Shown: piece by piece, positions 63,301 to 64,000 of the stretch
How positions within the stretch are numbered: position 1 is the first letter of the stretch
Layout of the letters: every line of letters begins with the position of its first letter
NCBI GenBank assembly: GCA_036172245.1
Contig: JAYWIR010000049.1
Span: 372,001-436,000, forward strand
DNA from: Raillietiella orientalis
Taxonomy: Eukaryota
Length of the DNA stretch: 64,000 nt
Reading direction: 5' to 3'
Notes under the pieces: model-generated
The model's input: only the letters and a program-made list of their open reading frames with translations
What the model was told of the DNA's origin: nothing
The model's database searches: none
Made by a program: the position numbers and the translations under genes

Positions 63301-64000
63301 CGAACCCTTCATGATTTCCTATGAATCCAGACGGAAACCACTGAATTTTTGTTGTCGATGCTACATCCTTCCTTCCCTTCCTTTTTTTCGATTCTGTTGT
63401 GTCAATCGCTCCCATCATGCCTCATCCGATTTCGACGTAAGTGGTCCACAGTCGGGCAGAAAAAACAAATTCTCGCAAGAATCCTCAGGGACAGATGAGC
63501 AGCAACATGCTGCAGGTTTCAGTTGTTCAGGTTTTTGTCGCGGTTCTGCTCGGTCCACGTGCAAAGATCGCCATTAGAAAGTATTTCATGTTACCACATA
63601 ACAGTCTGCTACACTTCCAGAGAGGTAGGGATGTTACTTGAAGTTATCCTTGTCGCATTTATCCTTTATTTATCCTCACCACGTTTGGGAGAATAGTTGA
63701 AAAAATGAACCTTTGCTGCACAAAGGATCGCACAAGCGAACGTTCAAGGAACGCACAAAAATCGCCTTGCACGCTTTAGAATCGACTGAAATTGTATGAA
63801 AACACATCTCCACCGACAGCATCATTGCCAATCTGGTCAAGCAAGGATTCAGTTTTTAACAGCTGGTTGACTGATGATGACTATCATCTGCTTTTCAAAA
63901 ATTTCATCTCTTTTTTTTTTTCATGCACACACACACGACAAGGCATCAGGAGGCAGAAAGCACGCTAGGATCGCCAGAACATCTTATCACTGAGTCGATC

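Noticed and set aside
59100..63400. One continuous near-full-length element
   Set aside because: A second motif-4-like peptide (SPSLFNV, ~61950) breaks the domain order, indicating at least two pieces.

Overview
Eukaryotic, gene-free, repeat-saturated window, probably arthropod (decayed (TTAGG)n tracts are present); the host cannot be identified from the sequence. I found no intact host gene, RNA gene or intact transposon. Most of the 64 kb is a mosaic of 0.2-1.7 kb pseudogenised fragments, on both strands, of restriction-like-endonuclease (RLE) non-LTR retrotransposons (R2/NeSL/Utopia group). They cover N-terminal zinc-finger/Myb, RT motifs 0-7, thumb, CCHC knuckle and PD-D-K endonuclease regions. 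The best-preserved copy (37030-38724, minus strand, Utopia/NeSL-like) is 5'-truncated, internally deleted, and flanked on both sides by degenerate arthropod telomeric repeat. Also present: two copies of a pogo/Tigger-type MITE, two degenerate minisatellites, a ~457 bp direct repeat with a near-identical 373 bp core, and several short perfect hairpins, plus a templated filler at a deletion junction that looks like an end-joining scar. Protein assignments come from reading motifs by eye across frameshifts. Relic boundaries are approximate (about +/-50-100 bp).
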